DNA of 64,000 bases from Leucoraja erinacea (GCF_028641065.1 NW_026576151.1:62001-126000); one strand, 5' to 3'; counted from the stretch's first letter, positions 12,611-25,921 are shown. The notes: generated by a model not told the origin, from the letters alone. Translations and numbers: made by a program.

Positions 12611-13732
12611 TGAGGAGTAAGGGGGAGAAAGCTGGAAACGTGGTGAGGGTGGAACAAAGTCTGGTAAATGATAGGTGGATACAGGTGAGGAGGGTATGAT
12701 GTGTGGAACACGGCCAGAGATGAAAAGGAGACAGAAGGGTGTCAGATAAGGAGAGAAGATGAGTGAAATGTTGCACCAGAGGGTGGTATATAGGGGCAGT
12801 GGGGGTGGATTGAGGGAAAAGGGGCATGACCGTGGGAGAAATGGTTGTGCACCAAGATAGAGGGCACAGGAAAGAGTTAGCAGGAAGGGATGGGAATACT
12901 ATTTAAAATTGGAGACTTCAATATTTATACCATTGGGTTTTAACCTGCCCAGGTGGAATATGAGATGCAATGTGGCTAGAATGAGGCTGCATAGGCCTAC
13001 ACTCTGGCAATGGAGGAGGCCCAGGTCAGAAAGGTCATTATGGGATGGCAAGGGGAGTAAAAATGATCAGCAATCATGAGATCTGACAGGCATTGTGGAT
13101 CAAGCACAGTGAAATGGACAAAGTGTTTAAGAAGGAACTGCAGATGCTGGAAAATCGAAGGTAGACATAAAAAGCTGGAGAAACTCAGCGGTGCAGCAGT
13201 ATCTATGGAGCGAAGGAAATAGGCAACCTTTTGAGAGCAATGTCAACATGTCAATGTCAATGTCAATGTCAACGTTCAGACCGAAAGGTCTGAATGACAA
13301 AAATAAAATTCAATTTAATTCAATTGAACAAGACAGCATCTTCATGAACTTACACAATGCTGGCTTCCAAATAGTCACATGTACAGGGAAAGGTTTTGAA
13401 GCCTAATGCAGACTTAAATGCTAATGGTGTTTCTACATGCACGTTAGATAATTTGGTAGAGTGTTCCACTTGCATTTCCAAATCGTTTCTAAATAGGTAA
13501 TACCATATGGAGTAGGAAGGAACTGCAGATGCTGTTTTAAACCAAAGATAGAGACAAAAAGCTGGAGTAACTCAGTGGGCCAGACAGCATCTCTGGAGAG
13601 AAGTAAAAGGTGACGTTTTGGGTTGAGACCCTTTTCCAGCTTTGAGTTACACCAGTAAGGATTTGTAATAAGAATGTGATTTATGACAGCCCAAATAATG
13701 GTAACAAATCAAGGTATTCAGCAAAAAAGATT

Positions 13733-13738
13733 TTTATT
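13733..13738 (-). terminator. Polyadenylation signal of crystallin B
   Basis: AATAAA on the minus strand about 50 nt after the TAA stop. Confidence 0.75.
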
Positions 13739-13787
13739 TATGCTCATGAATTTATCTACTCCTTAATTCATATTTTTCAGCAACAGT

Positions 13788-16455
13788 TTAGAAGTCCCTC
13801 ATGCGCCTGAAAGACCCGATGGTGGAGTTGTAGCCGCCCCAGTCATTGTATTTCCTGTACTCCCCGGGTCTCATGAAGTACTGTCGGCCTCTGTAGTTGG
13901 CTTGTTCATAGAAGATCCAGTAACCATCCATCACTTGGCAGGAGTGAATGTCACGGTAACGGAAACGATCGTAGACGGAGGGACAGTCCTCCATGAATTC
14001 CATCGTCTGTCCTCCAAAGTCAGGCCTCTCGTAAATCTTCATCCTGTAGTTGCCACCTCGGTACTGGAATGGGAAAAGTTTCAGATTTACGATTCAGCTA
14101 CATAATTGGCACATAACTAGATGAAAGCATTGGATTTTTTTAAGGGATCCAGGAGATGCCTTTTATGATATGAAGGTAATTTCTGCAGAAAATAAATGAT
14201 AGAAAGTGCTGGAGTAACTCAGCGGGACAGGCAGCATCACTGGCGAGCATGGATAGGTAACATTTCAGGTCAGGACTTCTTCAGACTGATTATGTTGAGA
14301 TTGGGAGGCCAAAAAGCTGGGAGAGAAGGGGCAGGACAAAGCATGGCTTGACCTGCACTGTCAATGGAATATTTGGAAACAACTGTGGGGGAATCCGTGA
14401 TGTTTGGTGGACTGTGTGGGGTGGGAGGACCCTTTGCTCCTCCCGTGCAACAGGTGGCACTGCACAGGACAAAGGGAGATGTTTTGTATATAGTTTATCC
14501 TGTGGGCATACAGTATGCGGGCAGTCATTGTGACTAGTCTTGCTGCCAGCATTGAGTGAAACATTAAACACTTCTGTTGTAAACTAAAGACTCTCAAAGT
14601 TTGTGCAGACCTAGAAGATGAACAGGAAAGATTCTTGATAAGCAAATGGCTGGACAAAGGGCAGAGATGAAAAGGAAGAGGATTGAAGAATTGCAAAATG
14701 TGAAGATAGAGGATGCAATGTAATTAGAAGGGGAGGGGGAAGAGAGAAATTGGTCTGAGTCCAGGGAAGAGAGGGGGAGAAAGGAATGGGGGGGGGGGTG
14801 CGTTGGAAGAAGGCGTAATGGGGAGGGGGTTGTAAACCAGCATTAATGTCTTTTTGCAAACCAGCATCCGAAGTTTCTTATTTCTAACTTTCGTAGCAGT
14901 GTGTGAGTCTGTGGACTCCATGCAACAAATGGACTAATTATGTCCAGTAATCAGAGAAGCAGTTAGGACAGACTTGATATCTTTCTTGCTGATTTAGTGT
15001 AAAATAGGAACAGAATGAATTCTCTATTTCTGCAGCTCTAATCAATTTTCTATTTTTCGTAGCAGATATGCTTGAACCCAATTTGGTTTCATTAAGTCTA
15101 TGGTGACGATCATTAAAATAGTATATGACGGGAAACTTTGCTGAATAATATGTTTAAGAAAGGACTGCAGATGCTGGTTTAAATCGAAGGAAGACACAAG
15201 TTGCTGGAGCTGGCAGCATCTCTGCAGAGAAAGAATGGGCGACATTTCCGGTGACATCGCCCATTCCTTCTCTCCAGAGATGCTGCCTCACCCGCTGAGT
15301 TGCTCCAGCAATTTGTGTTTACCTTGCTAAATAATATTCTAGTTCAGCATTGTGGTCCTCTCACAATTCATAGCTACAATCCAATTATTTGATGTGAGCA
15401 TGTATATGTTCCAATTAAAATGCTCAAACTTTAGATGCTTGGTAAAAATATTCAATCAGATAATTGTCTTTTAAACAAATGCATTTAAATTAAATCAAAT
15501 TAAAATATAAAGTCAATCAATCAATGCACAGTTAAAAAAAAAATGTAATTTCATGCCAACTTGCACAGAGACCACAATTGAAAAGGAAATGGTTACTCCC
15601 AATATAAGTTTCATAAAAGCAAATGCTGACAAATTCTTACTGCCAACCCTGCCAACCACCTTTTTACTCTGCTACCCTCCGGGAGGCAATTCAGGTCTCT
15701 GCAGGCTCGCACTGGTAGACTAAAAAATAGTTTCTACTATTGTGCGATAAAAGAGCTTAACTCCAATAGTGAACACTGGGAAGCAAGAAGTAACTTCGAG
15801 GAATACCGCTAAATTATTTTAATCTCTTTTAAAAATGTATTTATATTCTACTATTAACTGTACATATGTGCATTGGTGTCGTGTTGTATTTCTTTTAACG
15901 GAGGAGAAGCAAATGGAATTTTGTTGCTCAGTTTTGTGCAATGATAATAAACATATTCTATTCTATTCTATTCTATTCTACTTGCTGCCACAAGTAAGAA
16001 TTTCATTGTTCTATCTGGGACATATGACAATGAAGCACTCTTGACTGTTGACATCAATGTGACAAAAGTCAGCAGCAGACCTAAACCATCAAATTATCAC
16101 TCGCCTGAGGGTAGCTGCGGCATGACTTGACACAGTCATTGAATCCCATCCAGCGCTGGTAGTCAGGATACTCCCCCCTGTTCAGGACATACTGGTACCC
16201 CATGTAGTTGGGTCTCTCGTACGCCACCCACCAGTCACTCTCCACACGGATGGAGTTACAGCGGCTGAAGTAAGGGGACAGGTCGGCACAGTCGGTGCTG
16301 CACTCATAGTGCCGACCCTGGAAGTTCCTGTCCTCGTAGAAGATGATCTGTGGAGAGAAATAGGTTTATAAATAAATGCTATTTCAAGCATTGAGTTAAA
16401 TGATGAAGAATTCCATTACGCAGCTTAAATACAGAGTTGAACTTGCCTTTCCCAT
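13788..16455 (-). CDS. Gamma-crystallin gene B (shark gamma-S1-like), 175 aa: join(16447..16455, 16105..16347, 13788..14063)
   Basis: MGK / [81 protein letters not shown] / [91 protein letters not shown]. Phase-0 introns, both with GC donors. TATA box and AATAAA present. Confidence 0.95.
15150..15326. repeat. Foldback (head-to-head) copy of the Penelope-derived short repeat, in intron 2 of crystallin B
   Basis: GCAGCATCTCTGCAGAGAAAGAATGGGCGA ... TCGCCCATTCCTTCTCTCCAGAGATGCTGC. Confidence 0.7.
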
Positions 16456-16512
16456 TTTGATTCCAGTTAGTGTGATAACCGACTGAATGCAGCACTGCCT
16501 CACAGCTTGATA

Positions 16513-16590
16513 TTTATATGCTGGGAAAAAAGGCCACGCTGGCTTGTACATTATTATTCTAATGATTCGGGTTTAAAAATCAGCAAAAAA
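16513..16590 (-). promoter_or_regulatory. Proximal promoter of crystallin B: TATA box and Maf half-site
   Basis: TATAAA 16513-16518; TTTTTTGCTGA with TGCTGA at 16580-16585. Confidence 0.6.
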
Positions 16591-17043
16591 AATCAAACTA
16601 CATTCCCTGGTCTTTGTGTACAAAACATCTGTGTGCATGTCATTGATTCTTTTCAGTTTGCTTCCACCTCGTTTTAATTGTTGTACAAGCAAAATACACG
16701 AATTGCAGGCTTTTAGTTCCATAGTACAAAGAAAATAGTGTAATTGAAGCATTAAAGCACGGTACTTTCCAGAAAAATATATGATTGCAAAAACATTGGT
16801 GGCTCTTTGCATCTACACTGTTCGATGGCTGTACTGCAGGGGGCGCGGAGCGTTTTTGAAAGTGGGGGGGGCTGAGCGATCACTGATCACCGGCCTCGAG
16901 GGGGGAAGAACTATTTTAAATTTGAGGGATCAAAATCATGTTTTAGTGCATTGCAGAAGTGTGATTTCAATGTTTTTTGTTTGAAGCATTTTTAAGATAA
17001 TGTCGGGCCTTCATGAGAGATTGGAGCAGGTGATTATTATTTT

Positions 17044-17886
17044 CAAAGTCAAAGTCAAAGTAGCCTTTATTGTCATTCAGACCTTGTGGTCTGACCAAAA
17101 TTTTGTTGCCTTGCAGTCCTACATATAGTACCAAAATGACAAAAACACACAATAAACACAAATCAACATCCACCACAGTGAGCTCACCAGGCACCTCCTC
17201 ACTGTGATGGAAGGCAAAAGTCTTAAGTCTTTGTCTCATCACTTCTTGTTCTCCATCTGTGCGGAGGCGATCCAGGCTTCAGATGTTGTGACCCCGCCAG
17301 GTGATGGTAAGTAATGTCAGTCTCGCGGCAGAATCCGAGCTCTGCGAACGGGCCGGTTCAGCTCCGCGGCCCAGGGTGGTCGTAGCTGCTGAAGCCGCCG
17401 CCCTCCAGTCCAGCGGACGCAGCTGTTGTTGCGGGAGCTCTGGAGAACAGGTCCGCAACCTGTGACCTGCGAGCTCCCAACACTGGGCCCGCGGTCAGGT
17501 CGGGTGGCCACTGTTGCAGGAACATTGCCCCATCTCCGAGGCCAGGTCGCCACTGCCGCTGCCCCAGCTCCGAGGCCGGGTGGCCGCTGCTGTTGGAACA
17601 CCGCAGCTCCAGATTTCGGACCGCAGCCGCTGGAACGCTGCACCAGCTCCGCGGCCGCCAGCTCCGCTATTAGGCCTCGGCGGAGACGGAGACGCGGGAT
17701 ACAACAAGAAACGTCGCATCCCCCCCAAAGGAAGAGACCAAAAACATGTTTCTCCCCTCCACCCACACACATACACAACCTATTAACCAAAGATTAACTA
17801 AAACAGGACAAAAGAACAACAAAAAAAGAGAAAAAAACAGACGGACTGCAGGCGAGCCGCAGCTGCTAAGGCAGCGCCACCATCTT
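17044..17886 (-). mobile_element. GC-rich non-autonomous retroposon, (TTTGAC)n tail
   Basis: Shares the 5' head (GCAGCTGCGGCTCGCCTGCAGTCCGTCTGTTTTTT) and the subterminal hairpin block with the 11181 family. Confidence 0.75.
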
Positions 17887-18332
17887 GTTGCTCAACCTCC
17901 AAAATCTGGGGGATAATAATACTGGCTATCCCCCACCTCAAAAATTTGGGGGGGGGGGGGATATGTGCCCTACCTACGTGGGACACCGGTCACCAGGTAC
18001 CAGGGGAACCGGTTACCGGGGGATACGGGTGACATGTAACTGAGGTACTGGTTACCGGGCACCCGCGCCCACTCTGTTTATCGCTGTGTTTCCGGGCGTG
18101 TAGATGGATGGGGTGACAGCAGGACTGCCCCGGGAGCGGGGCTCAGGGTCAGTGAGATGGGGTGGCACATGTAGTACCCCATGACCCTAACCATATAACC
18201 ATATAACCATATAACAATTACACTAAGAGGGCAGAGCCCCACCGGTTCCGCGGCCCATGTACGGTATGTTATAGAGATGGGATAGATGTTGCCCAATCCC
18301 CATTTTCTGGCAACTGATGGTTCGGCACCTCC

Positions 18333-18650
18333 TTTAGTTTAGTTTAGTTTAGAGATACCACGCGGGAAACAGGCCCTTTGACCCACCGTGTCCGCGCCGA
18401 CCAGCGATCCCCACACACTAATATTAACTAACACACTCTAGGGACAATTTGACAATTATACCGAGCCAATTAACCTACAAACCTGTACGTCTTTGGAGTG
18501 TGGGAGGATACTGAAGATCTCGGAGAAAACCCACGCAGGTCACGGGGAGAACGTACAAAGTATGTACAGACTGCACCCGTAGTCAGGATCGAACCCGGGT
18601 CTCTGGTACTACAAGCGCTGGAAGGCAGCAAGTCTATGCAGTGCCACCAT
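18333..18650 (-). mobile_element. tRNA-derived SINE (HE1/V-SINE-like)
   Basis: (GTTTA)n tail and a B box GGGTTCGATCC on the minus strand. Confidence 0.8.
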
Positions 18651-19126
18651 GGCCGCCTCTTTAATCTGGACAGAGTTGAACTGTTATCTACTATCTGGTC
18701 AGTTGGGTTCTACAAGTAATAATTAAAATGATCATTTATGCCGAGCGTGGTCTGCCTGAGCCCCAGTGCACTGTGCATTGGACAAATGCTGACTTCCCTT
18801 CCAACAGGGCATCTCAGTGTAATCGTAGATGGGTGGTTCAGCTGATGGATGTCGGTTGAGGGAAGAACGTTTTCCAGATCTCTGGTAGACGTGCCATATT
18901 TCTACACCCTCAAAGACGTTACCTGTCCCCACCGGGGGATCAAGGACCACACAAGCAAACAATCACCATTCCACTGAATCACCGATGATTCACATTTGTA
19001 ATCTCTCTTTACAAAAAAATAACACCAAGTGCTGGAGTAACTCAGCGTATCAGACAACATCTCAGTCTGAAGAAGGGTCTTGACCCAAAACATCACCCAT
19101 TCCTCCTCTCCGGAGATACTGTCTAA

Positions 19127-19782
19127 AGGGCCTGTCTCACTTGGCCGTCATTTGCGCGCCATTTAGCAACCTGGTAGCGTGTGGGTAGCTTGTGGGTAGC
19201 GCCGGACAGGCGCACGGAGTGGCGTGGAAGTGTGTGGAGTTGCATGCGGTATCGCTCAGCGCTCTAGAATTTCGTTCTGCACTAAATCTCGTGCGCCACC
19301 GTCCTGTCGTGTAAATGACGGCCAAGTGGGACACCCTGGCGCGATGCAACGTCTCACCTCCAACAGCAACAGAAGCAGGCAAGCGATCGCCGAACTCAGC
19401 CTGGGGCTCATGGCCGATGCGGATCCAGATCCGTCCCCACTCCAACTACCAGAGCAGGACCAAGACGATTGGAGTCTAGACACAAAATGCAGGAGTACCT
19501 CAGCGGGACCGGCAGCATCTCTGCAGAGAGGCAATCGGTGATGTTTTGGGTCGAGACACTTCTTCAGACTGAAGAAGAGTCTCGACCCGAAACATCATCC
19601 ATTTCTTCTCCCCAGATGCTGCTGGGCCTGCTGAGTTACTCCTGCATTTTGTGTCTATCTTCAAATCACGCGCTCCAGAAGGCTGTGCGGACGCATGATG
19701 ACACACGCGACCATCGCACAACTGTCGCGCATCAGTCACTATTGTCCTGTCATGCAAATGACGGCCAGGTGGGACAGGCCCT
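19127..19782. mobile_element. PIF/Harbinger-like MITE with TAA target-site duplication
   Basis: AGGGCCTGTCTCACTTGGCCGTCATTTGC ... GCAAATGACGGCCAGGTGGGACAGGCCCT. TAA at 19124-19126 and 19783-19785. Removing it restores the host repeat. Confidence 0.85.
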
Positions 19783-19984
19783 TAACCCGCTGAGTTACCC
19801 CAGCTTTTTGTGTCTATCTTCAGTTTAAAGCAACATCTGCAGTTTCTTCCTACATATCTCAGGTGGTTATGGATAGGAGACGTTTCTGGTCGGGACTACT
19901 CTTCAGCCTGACCTGATCCTCCGAGTTACTCCAGCATTTTGTGCGTGCTTTTTTTTAAGTAAACCAGCATCTGCAATTGCTTGT

Positions 19985-22900
19985 ATCTCACTAAAGTCTC
20001 TTTTCTCTTGCGAATGCAGAGTGAGTCTGGTGTAGGTGTTGTGGTGTTGCGAGATGACCACAGTAACGACACTGACACTCGCAGTGGGGTGAACGCACGA
20101 TATATTCTATTTACTGTGGTAAGAAAGTCCAGGGCTTTCTCTTCCTCCCCCCCCCCTACCCCCTCCCCTCCCCACTCCCCCCCTCTCCCCCCAACCCCAT
20201 CCCCCCTCCCCCTCCCCCCTCTCTCTCCCCATCCCCCCTCCTTCACACTCTCTCCCCATCCCCCTCTCTCACGCCCCTACTCCTCTCTCCTTTCCCTCCC
20301 AAATCTGTCCCGTTTTCCTCCTCCTCCTCTCCCCTCCCTCACCTCTTCTCATCCCCCTCCCCCCACCTGTGTGTTTGAGGGGTGGTTAATGTGAGTGTGA
20401 TGTTGCAGCCCCCCCCCCCCCAAACGCCGTTGGGGATACAGAGCCAACGGGTCTGCACTTGGCCTAGTTAATATATAAAACTGTGTGCCTGACGTCCGGC
20501 TGCCTTTCTGCCTTTTGATTCGTTCCATCGTGTTAAGTCACAATGCCCAACACTCGCAGTTGTCCAATCGGAATGGATCTATTTACATGGACGGCTGCCG
20601 GCCTCCTTTCTTCCTTTGATTCACTGCAACTCCGAAACCAGACCGCAGAATCGCCGACATCTTTTCCATTTCGGTAGAGATTTCACTTTTCTTTCTAAGT
20701 ATCCGCTCCTCATTACATTTCGTCGTGTTTAAGTACACGTTTTTAATCAAATCCTTCTCCCCCCACCCCCCAATATTTCAAAAATAAACTGGAATCTCAC
20801 CCATAGAATCAGCACCAGCCGCAGCCCCTGGTGAACATTCCATCGTGTGATGTCACAATGCCAATGCCCAATGCTCAAATACATTCTTGCCATAGAGGGA
20901 GTACAGAGAAGGTTCACCAGACTGATTCCTGGGATGTCAGGACTTTCATATGAAGAAAGACTGGATAGACTCAGCTTGTACATGCTAGAATTTAGAAGAT
21001 TGAGGGTGGATCTTATAGAAACTTACAAAATTCTTAAGGGGTTGGACAGGCTAAATGCAGGAAGATTGTTCCAGATGTTGGGGAAGTCCAGAACAAGGGG
21101 TCACAGTTTAAAGATAAGGGGGAAATCCTTTAGGACAGAGATGAGAAAGACATTTTACACACAGAGAGTGGTGAATCTCTGGAATTCTCTGCCACAGAAG
21201 GTAGTTGAAGCCAGTTCATTGGCTATATTTAAGAGGGAGTTAGATGTGGCCCTTGTGGCTAAAGGGATCAGGGGTATGGAGAGAAGGCAGGTACAGGATA
21301 CTGAGTTGGATGATCAGCCATAATCATATTGAATTGTGGTTCCGGCTCGAAGGGCCGAATGGCCTACTCCTGCACTTAATTTCTATGTTTCTATGTTTCC
21401 CTCTCCTCACCCCATCTCCCTCTCCTCACCCCTTTCCCTCTCTCCCTCACCCCCCTTCCCTCTCTACGCCACCCCCTTCCCTCTCTCCACCCGCCCCCTT
21501 CCTCCTACCCCTCTGTCCCTCTTCCATCACACTCCCCCTACCCCTCTCCTCCTCCCTCCCCACTCTTCCACCTCTCCCCCCTTCCCCCTCCACTCTCCCT
21601 CCCCACACTTTCCCCTCTCTCTCCCCCCCACCCCTCCCTCCCCCTCCCTCCCTCCTCCCCTACCTCCCCATACTCCCCCCCCGCTCCCCCACATCTCTCT
21701 CCCCATCCCCTACCCCACCCTCTACCCCCCCAAATCCTATCCCGTTTCCTCCTCCTCCTCCTCTTTCCTCCTTCCTCCTCTCCCCCCCCCCCTCTCTTCC
21801 CACCTGTGTGTTTGGGAGGTGGTTAATGTGTGTTTGATGCGGCAGCCCACCCCCCCCCCCCCCCCCAAACGCCGTTGGGGAAAGGGGACCCAACGGGTCT
21901 GCACTTGGTCTAGTAATTTATTAAATATCCATATCCATATCTTTATCATTATAACTGTAAAACTCTGATCTTGGATGCGTGTGTATGTATTTATTCATTT
22001 ATTTGTGTGTGATCACATCTACTTGAAAAAACAACATGCAAACGGGAAAATGTTTATATATTCTGGTAGAGATTTACCTGCTGGAGTCCAAAGTCAGCAC
22101 CTGAAAATTTCCTGCTGTACTATTTCTTCAGTAATTAATAAAAATGTTCACAATTCCTATCCAACTTTCTATTCAAAACTTTGTTTTTTCTGTTGTTTCT
22201 GCTGATGACGTGACAATGGATCTGCCGTCTGCACGTGCTGCGACTGATGTCACCTCCCACCCCTCCCTCCTCCCCCTGTTCAAAAGTAGCCCTGTCAAAC
22301 TCCTGAGAGCTTCAGTCGACGAACACTCGCGCCTCGGCTCGGGTTTCCCGATATCTCCCGATCGCTTCTCTCTGCCCCTCTGCCACCCCTCTTGTCCCCC
22401 TCCTCTTCTTCCCCCCTCTCCCCCCTTCTCCCAAATTCCCCCCCTCTTTCCACCCCCACCCCCCCCCCTCCCCCTCCCCCCTCTTCCCCTCGTCTCCTGC
22501 CACCCCTTTCCCCCCCTCCCCCCCCCCTTCCCCCTCTTTCCCCCCTCTTCCCCCCCCTCTATGCCCCCCCCACGTTCCCCCCCTCTTAACTCATAATGCA
22601 GTGGAGTGGGGATGCTATGTAGTTACAGGCAGTCGAGGGCAGCTGTAGGCGATATCCTTCACTTTTGATAGGTTCTTTGGAGTTTTCAGGATCAGGGAAA
22701 AACTACTGGTAGGTAAAATGCCTGCTAAACTTTATTATCTATCTATATTACTAAAACTCTGTTCTTGACCGGTTTTGGCGATCTGTGCTGCGATTTCCGA
22801 GAGAACGCCGCCACCTACGGCCGTCATTTTTGGCCACCTCGCTCAGAGCCCCCCTCCGCCATATGTGTGCCGAGGATTTTTCCCGTTGATGAAATATGAC

Positions 22901-24848
22901 AGAGATATTAATGATTTTACAAAATTCCCCATTCTCTCTGCTGCCCCTGCTGGCAACAGGGGGAGGGACTATAAAACCAGGAAGTGGTGTGCCTCAATTA
23001 GTCTGCAAGCTGGAGGAAGGCAGAGGGTCACGTTTCTCTGAGCTGTGAATAACACTGAACACGTGTCTACACAACTATGAGTAAGTACCCTTAATGTGGT
23101 TTGAAAATGAAAATATGGTTAAAGTAAAAAAGCACTGCCTGCAAATGGTTGTTTGGGTTGAAATAAAAAGGCACTCTCTCTCTCCCTCCTCCTCCCTCCT
23201 CTCCCCCCTCCTCTCCCCTCTCCTCCCCCTTCCTCTCCTCCCCACCCCCCCTCCCCTCCCCCACCTCCACCCCTCTCAGCACACCCCCTCTTCCCTCTCC
23301 CTTCTATCCTCTTCCCCCCTCTCCTCTTGTCCCCCCTCCCTTCCTCTCTCTCCCCCTCCTCCTCTCCCCCCCTCTCTCTCCCCTCCCCTCTCCCCTCCTC
23401 TCCTCTCTCCCTCTCCTCTCTCCCCCCTCTCACCTCTCCATATCCCCTCCTCTCCCTCCCACCACTCCCCTCCCCACCTCTCCCCCCCTCTCTCTCCCCT
23501 CTTTTCTCCCCCCCTCCCCCCTCTCTATCCCCTTCCCCACCCCCCGTCCCACCCCTAAAAACCCCCTCCGCTCCACACACCCCCCTTCTCCCCCTCTCCC
23601 CCCCCTTCTCCCCCCCCCTCCCTGCCTCCTCCCCTCTCCCCCCCTCCCACCTCAGCACCCCCCTCTCCTCTCTCCCCTCTCCTCTCCCCCCCTCTCTCCC
23701 CCCTCTCCCCTCCTCCCCCCCCCTCTCCCTCTCCCCTCCCCTCTCTCCTCCCCTCTCCCCTCCTCTCCCCTCCCCTCCTCTCCCCCCCCTCTCTCCCCTC
23801 CCCCCTCAGGCCTTCTTCCTCTCTCCCCTTCCTCCCCCGGTCTTCTCTCCCTCCTCCCTCTCCCCCTCTCTCTTTCCCTCTCTCCCCCTCCCCCCCCCCC
23901 CCTCCCCCCCCCCCCCCCTCCCCCCCCCCTCCCACACCCTCCCCCCTCCACCCTCCCTCCCCCACCCTCTCCCCCTCCCCCAGCTCTCTCCCTCTCCCGC
24001 CCTCTCCCCCTCCCCCTCTCTCTCCTNNNNNNNNNNNNNNNNNNNNNNNNNNNNNNNNNNNNNNNNNNNNNNNNNNNNNNNNNNNNNNNNNNNNNNNNNN
24101 NNNNNNNNNNNNNNNNNNNNNNNNNNNNNNNNNNNNNNNNNNNNNNNNNNNNNNNNNNNNNNNNNNNNNNNNNNNNNNNNNNNNNNNNNNNNNNNNNNNN
24201 NNNNNNNNNNNNNNNNNNNNNNNNNNNNNNNNNNNNNNNNNNNNNNNNNNNNNNNNNNNNNNNNNNNCTCCTCTCTCCCCTCTCCCTCTCCCTCCCCCTT
24301 CTCCTCCCCCTCTCCCCTGCCTCACCCTCCCCCCCCTAAACCCCCTCCCTCCCGCCACACTCCCCTCCCCTCCTCCCCCTCCTCCCCCCCCTCCTCGCAC
24401 CTCCCTGCTCCCCCCCCAACCTCTCCCCCTCACCCCCCTCTCAGCCCCCCCCTCTCTCCCCCCATCACTCTCTCCCCTCTCTCTCCTCCTCCCCTCCTCA
24501 CTCACCCACCCTTCCTCTTCTCCTTCTCCCCACCGTCCTCTCCCAATTGCCCCTCTCTCTGTGTTTCTGTCTCTCTCTCTCTTTCTCTTCCCCTTCCCTC
24601 TCTGCCCTCACTCTCATGCCTCCACCCCCCCCCCCTCCCCAGACTGTGACTTCAAGTTGGGGGCTATGCGTCAGTAGATATGGGTGGTTATGGGGTAAAA
24701 AGGAGCAAATTAATAATATTAACATATGAAGGGGGGTACTTAGCGTGAGTGCGGGGGGGCGGGGAGATAATTAGTGTGTGTGATTTTGCCTCCCCCCCCA
24801 CAACCGCACGTTGGCTGACCAGACCCAACGGTTCTGCACTTGGTCTAG
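19985..24848 (+). mobile_element. Cluster of tandem/nested non-autonomous Helitron-like elements with long C/T-rich tracts; includes a CR1 insertion (20870-21400) and an N gap
   Basis: Three 3' ends CCAACGG(G/T)TCTGCACTTGG(T/C)CTAG|T at 20467, 21913 and 24848, each with a subterminal hairpin. 5' ends of the type A|TCTAT..TACTAAAACTCT (22737, 21940). Confidence 0.6.
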
Positions 24849-25921
24849 TACTTCTTAAAAGTGTCTCCACTCCTTCTCCCCCCTTCTCTCCCCTTCTGTC
24901 CCTCTCTCCCCCCTTCTCTCTCTTTCTCTTCCCCCCTGCCCTCTGCGCTCTCTAATGGACTTACCGTACACTGTGGCAGCCGTTTACTTTCCTCATCATC
25001 GCGGGTGTGAATTTCAGACAGCGATCCCCCGCTTCCCTGNNNNNNNNNNNNNNNNNNNNNNNNNNNNNNNNNNNNNNNNNNNNNNNNNNNNNNNNNNNNN
25101 NNNNNNNNNNNNNNNNNNNNNNNNNNNNNNNNNNNNNNNNNNNNNNNNNNNNNNNNNNNNNNNNNNNNNNNNNNNNNNNNNNNNNNNNNNNNNNNNNNNN
25201 NNNNNNNNNNNNNNNNNNNGCGGTTTCAATGCAGACGGTCAATCCAGCTCGAGGTTTTCCAGGTGAGTGCCCTCGAGCTTGAAAGTCGAAGACAGTCTTC
25301 TTAACTGGCAGATTAGGTCGCCGCAGTGGGGCAGACCCTTAAGCGATTATTTGGGATATCTTTTAGGACTTATGGAATATGGGGAAACTGCCAGTGAACT
25401 CAAATGAGAACCAGTCTTCAAAATAAATGTTCACATTTTAACTTCCGCTGGTACCTTAAGGCAATCATTGGAGGTGGGACATTCTGATTCTGTCCCTTCG
25501 TACCACGGGGAGGAAGACAGTGAATTAATTTTCATGCTAATCGGCCTTTATTGAAACTGTTATAATGACATCAGGGAAGATATTAAGTGGCAAAGATAGA
25601 CACAAAAACTGGAGTAATTCAACAGGTCAGACAGCATCTCTGGAGAAAAGGAATAGGTGGCGTTTCAGGTTGAGACCCTGAACAAGATGTTGAAGAAGAT
25701 GCTGTCTCTCCCGCTGAGTTACTCCAACATTTTGCGTCTATCTTCAGTTTAAACCAGCATCCGCAGTTCCTTCCTATGATAATAAGTGGCCAACTCCTGC
25801 ATTAACACATTGTTAAAGATATATCCTGCCACTTATACATAGTTCATGACATGCCTGTTTGTCACTTAATAGTCTTACTGTTTGTACATCTAGGGAACCA
25901 ACCTTCAACTCTGTCACTAAA

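Noticed and set aside
13788-16455. Calling these genes gamma-M crystallins or orthologs of mammalian CRYGS
   Set aside because: Met content is modest (9 of 175 residues in B) and there is no N-terminal arm. Orthology cannot be set without a phylogeny, so no gene symbol is given.
16837-18259. Possible hAT element bounded by CAGGGGGCGCGGA ... TCCGCGGCCCATG upstream of crystallin B
   Set aside because: The TIR match is weak and I found no target-site duplication. It may be remnants of two separate elements.
19926-24729. Long Pro/Ser/Leu- or Gly/Glu/Arg-rich ORFs (for example 23327-24649, 23555-24505, 21336-21968)
   Set aside because: They are translations of C/T-only low-complexity tracts and N gaps, with no coding signal.
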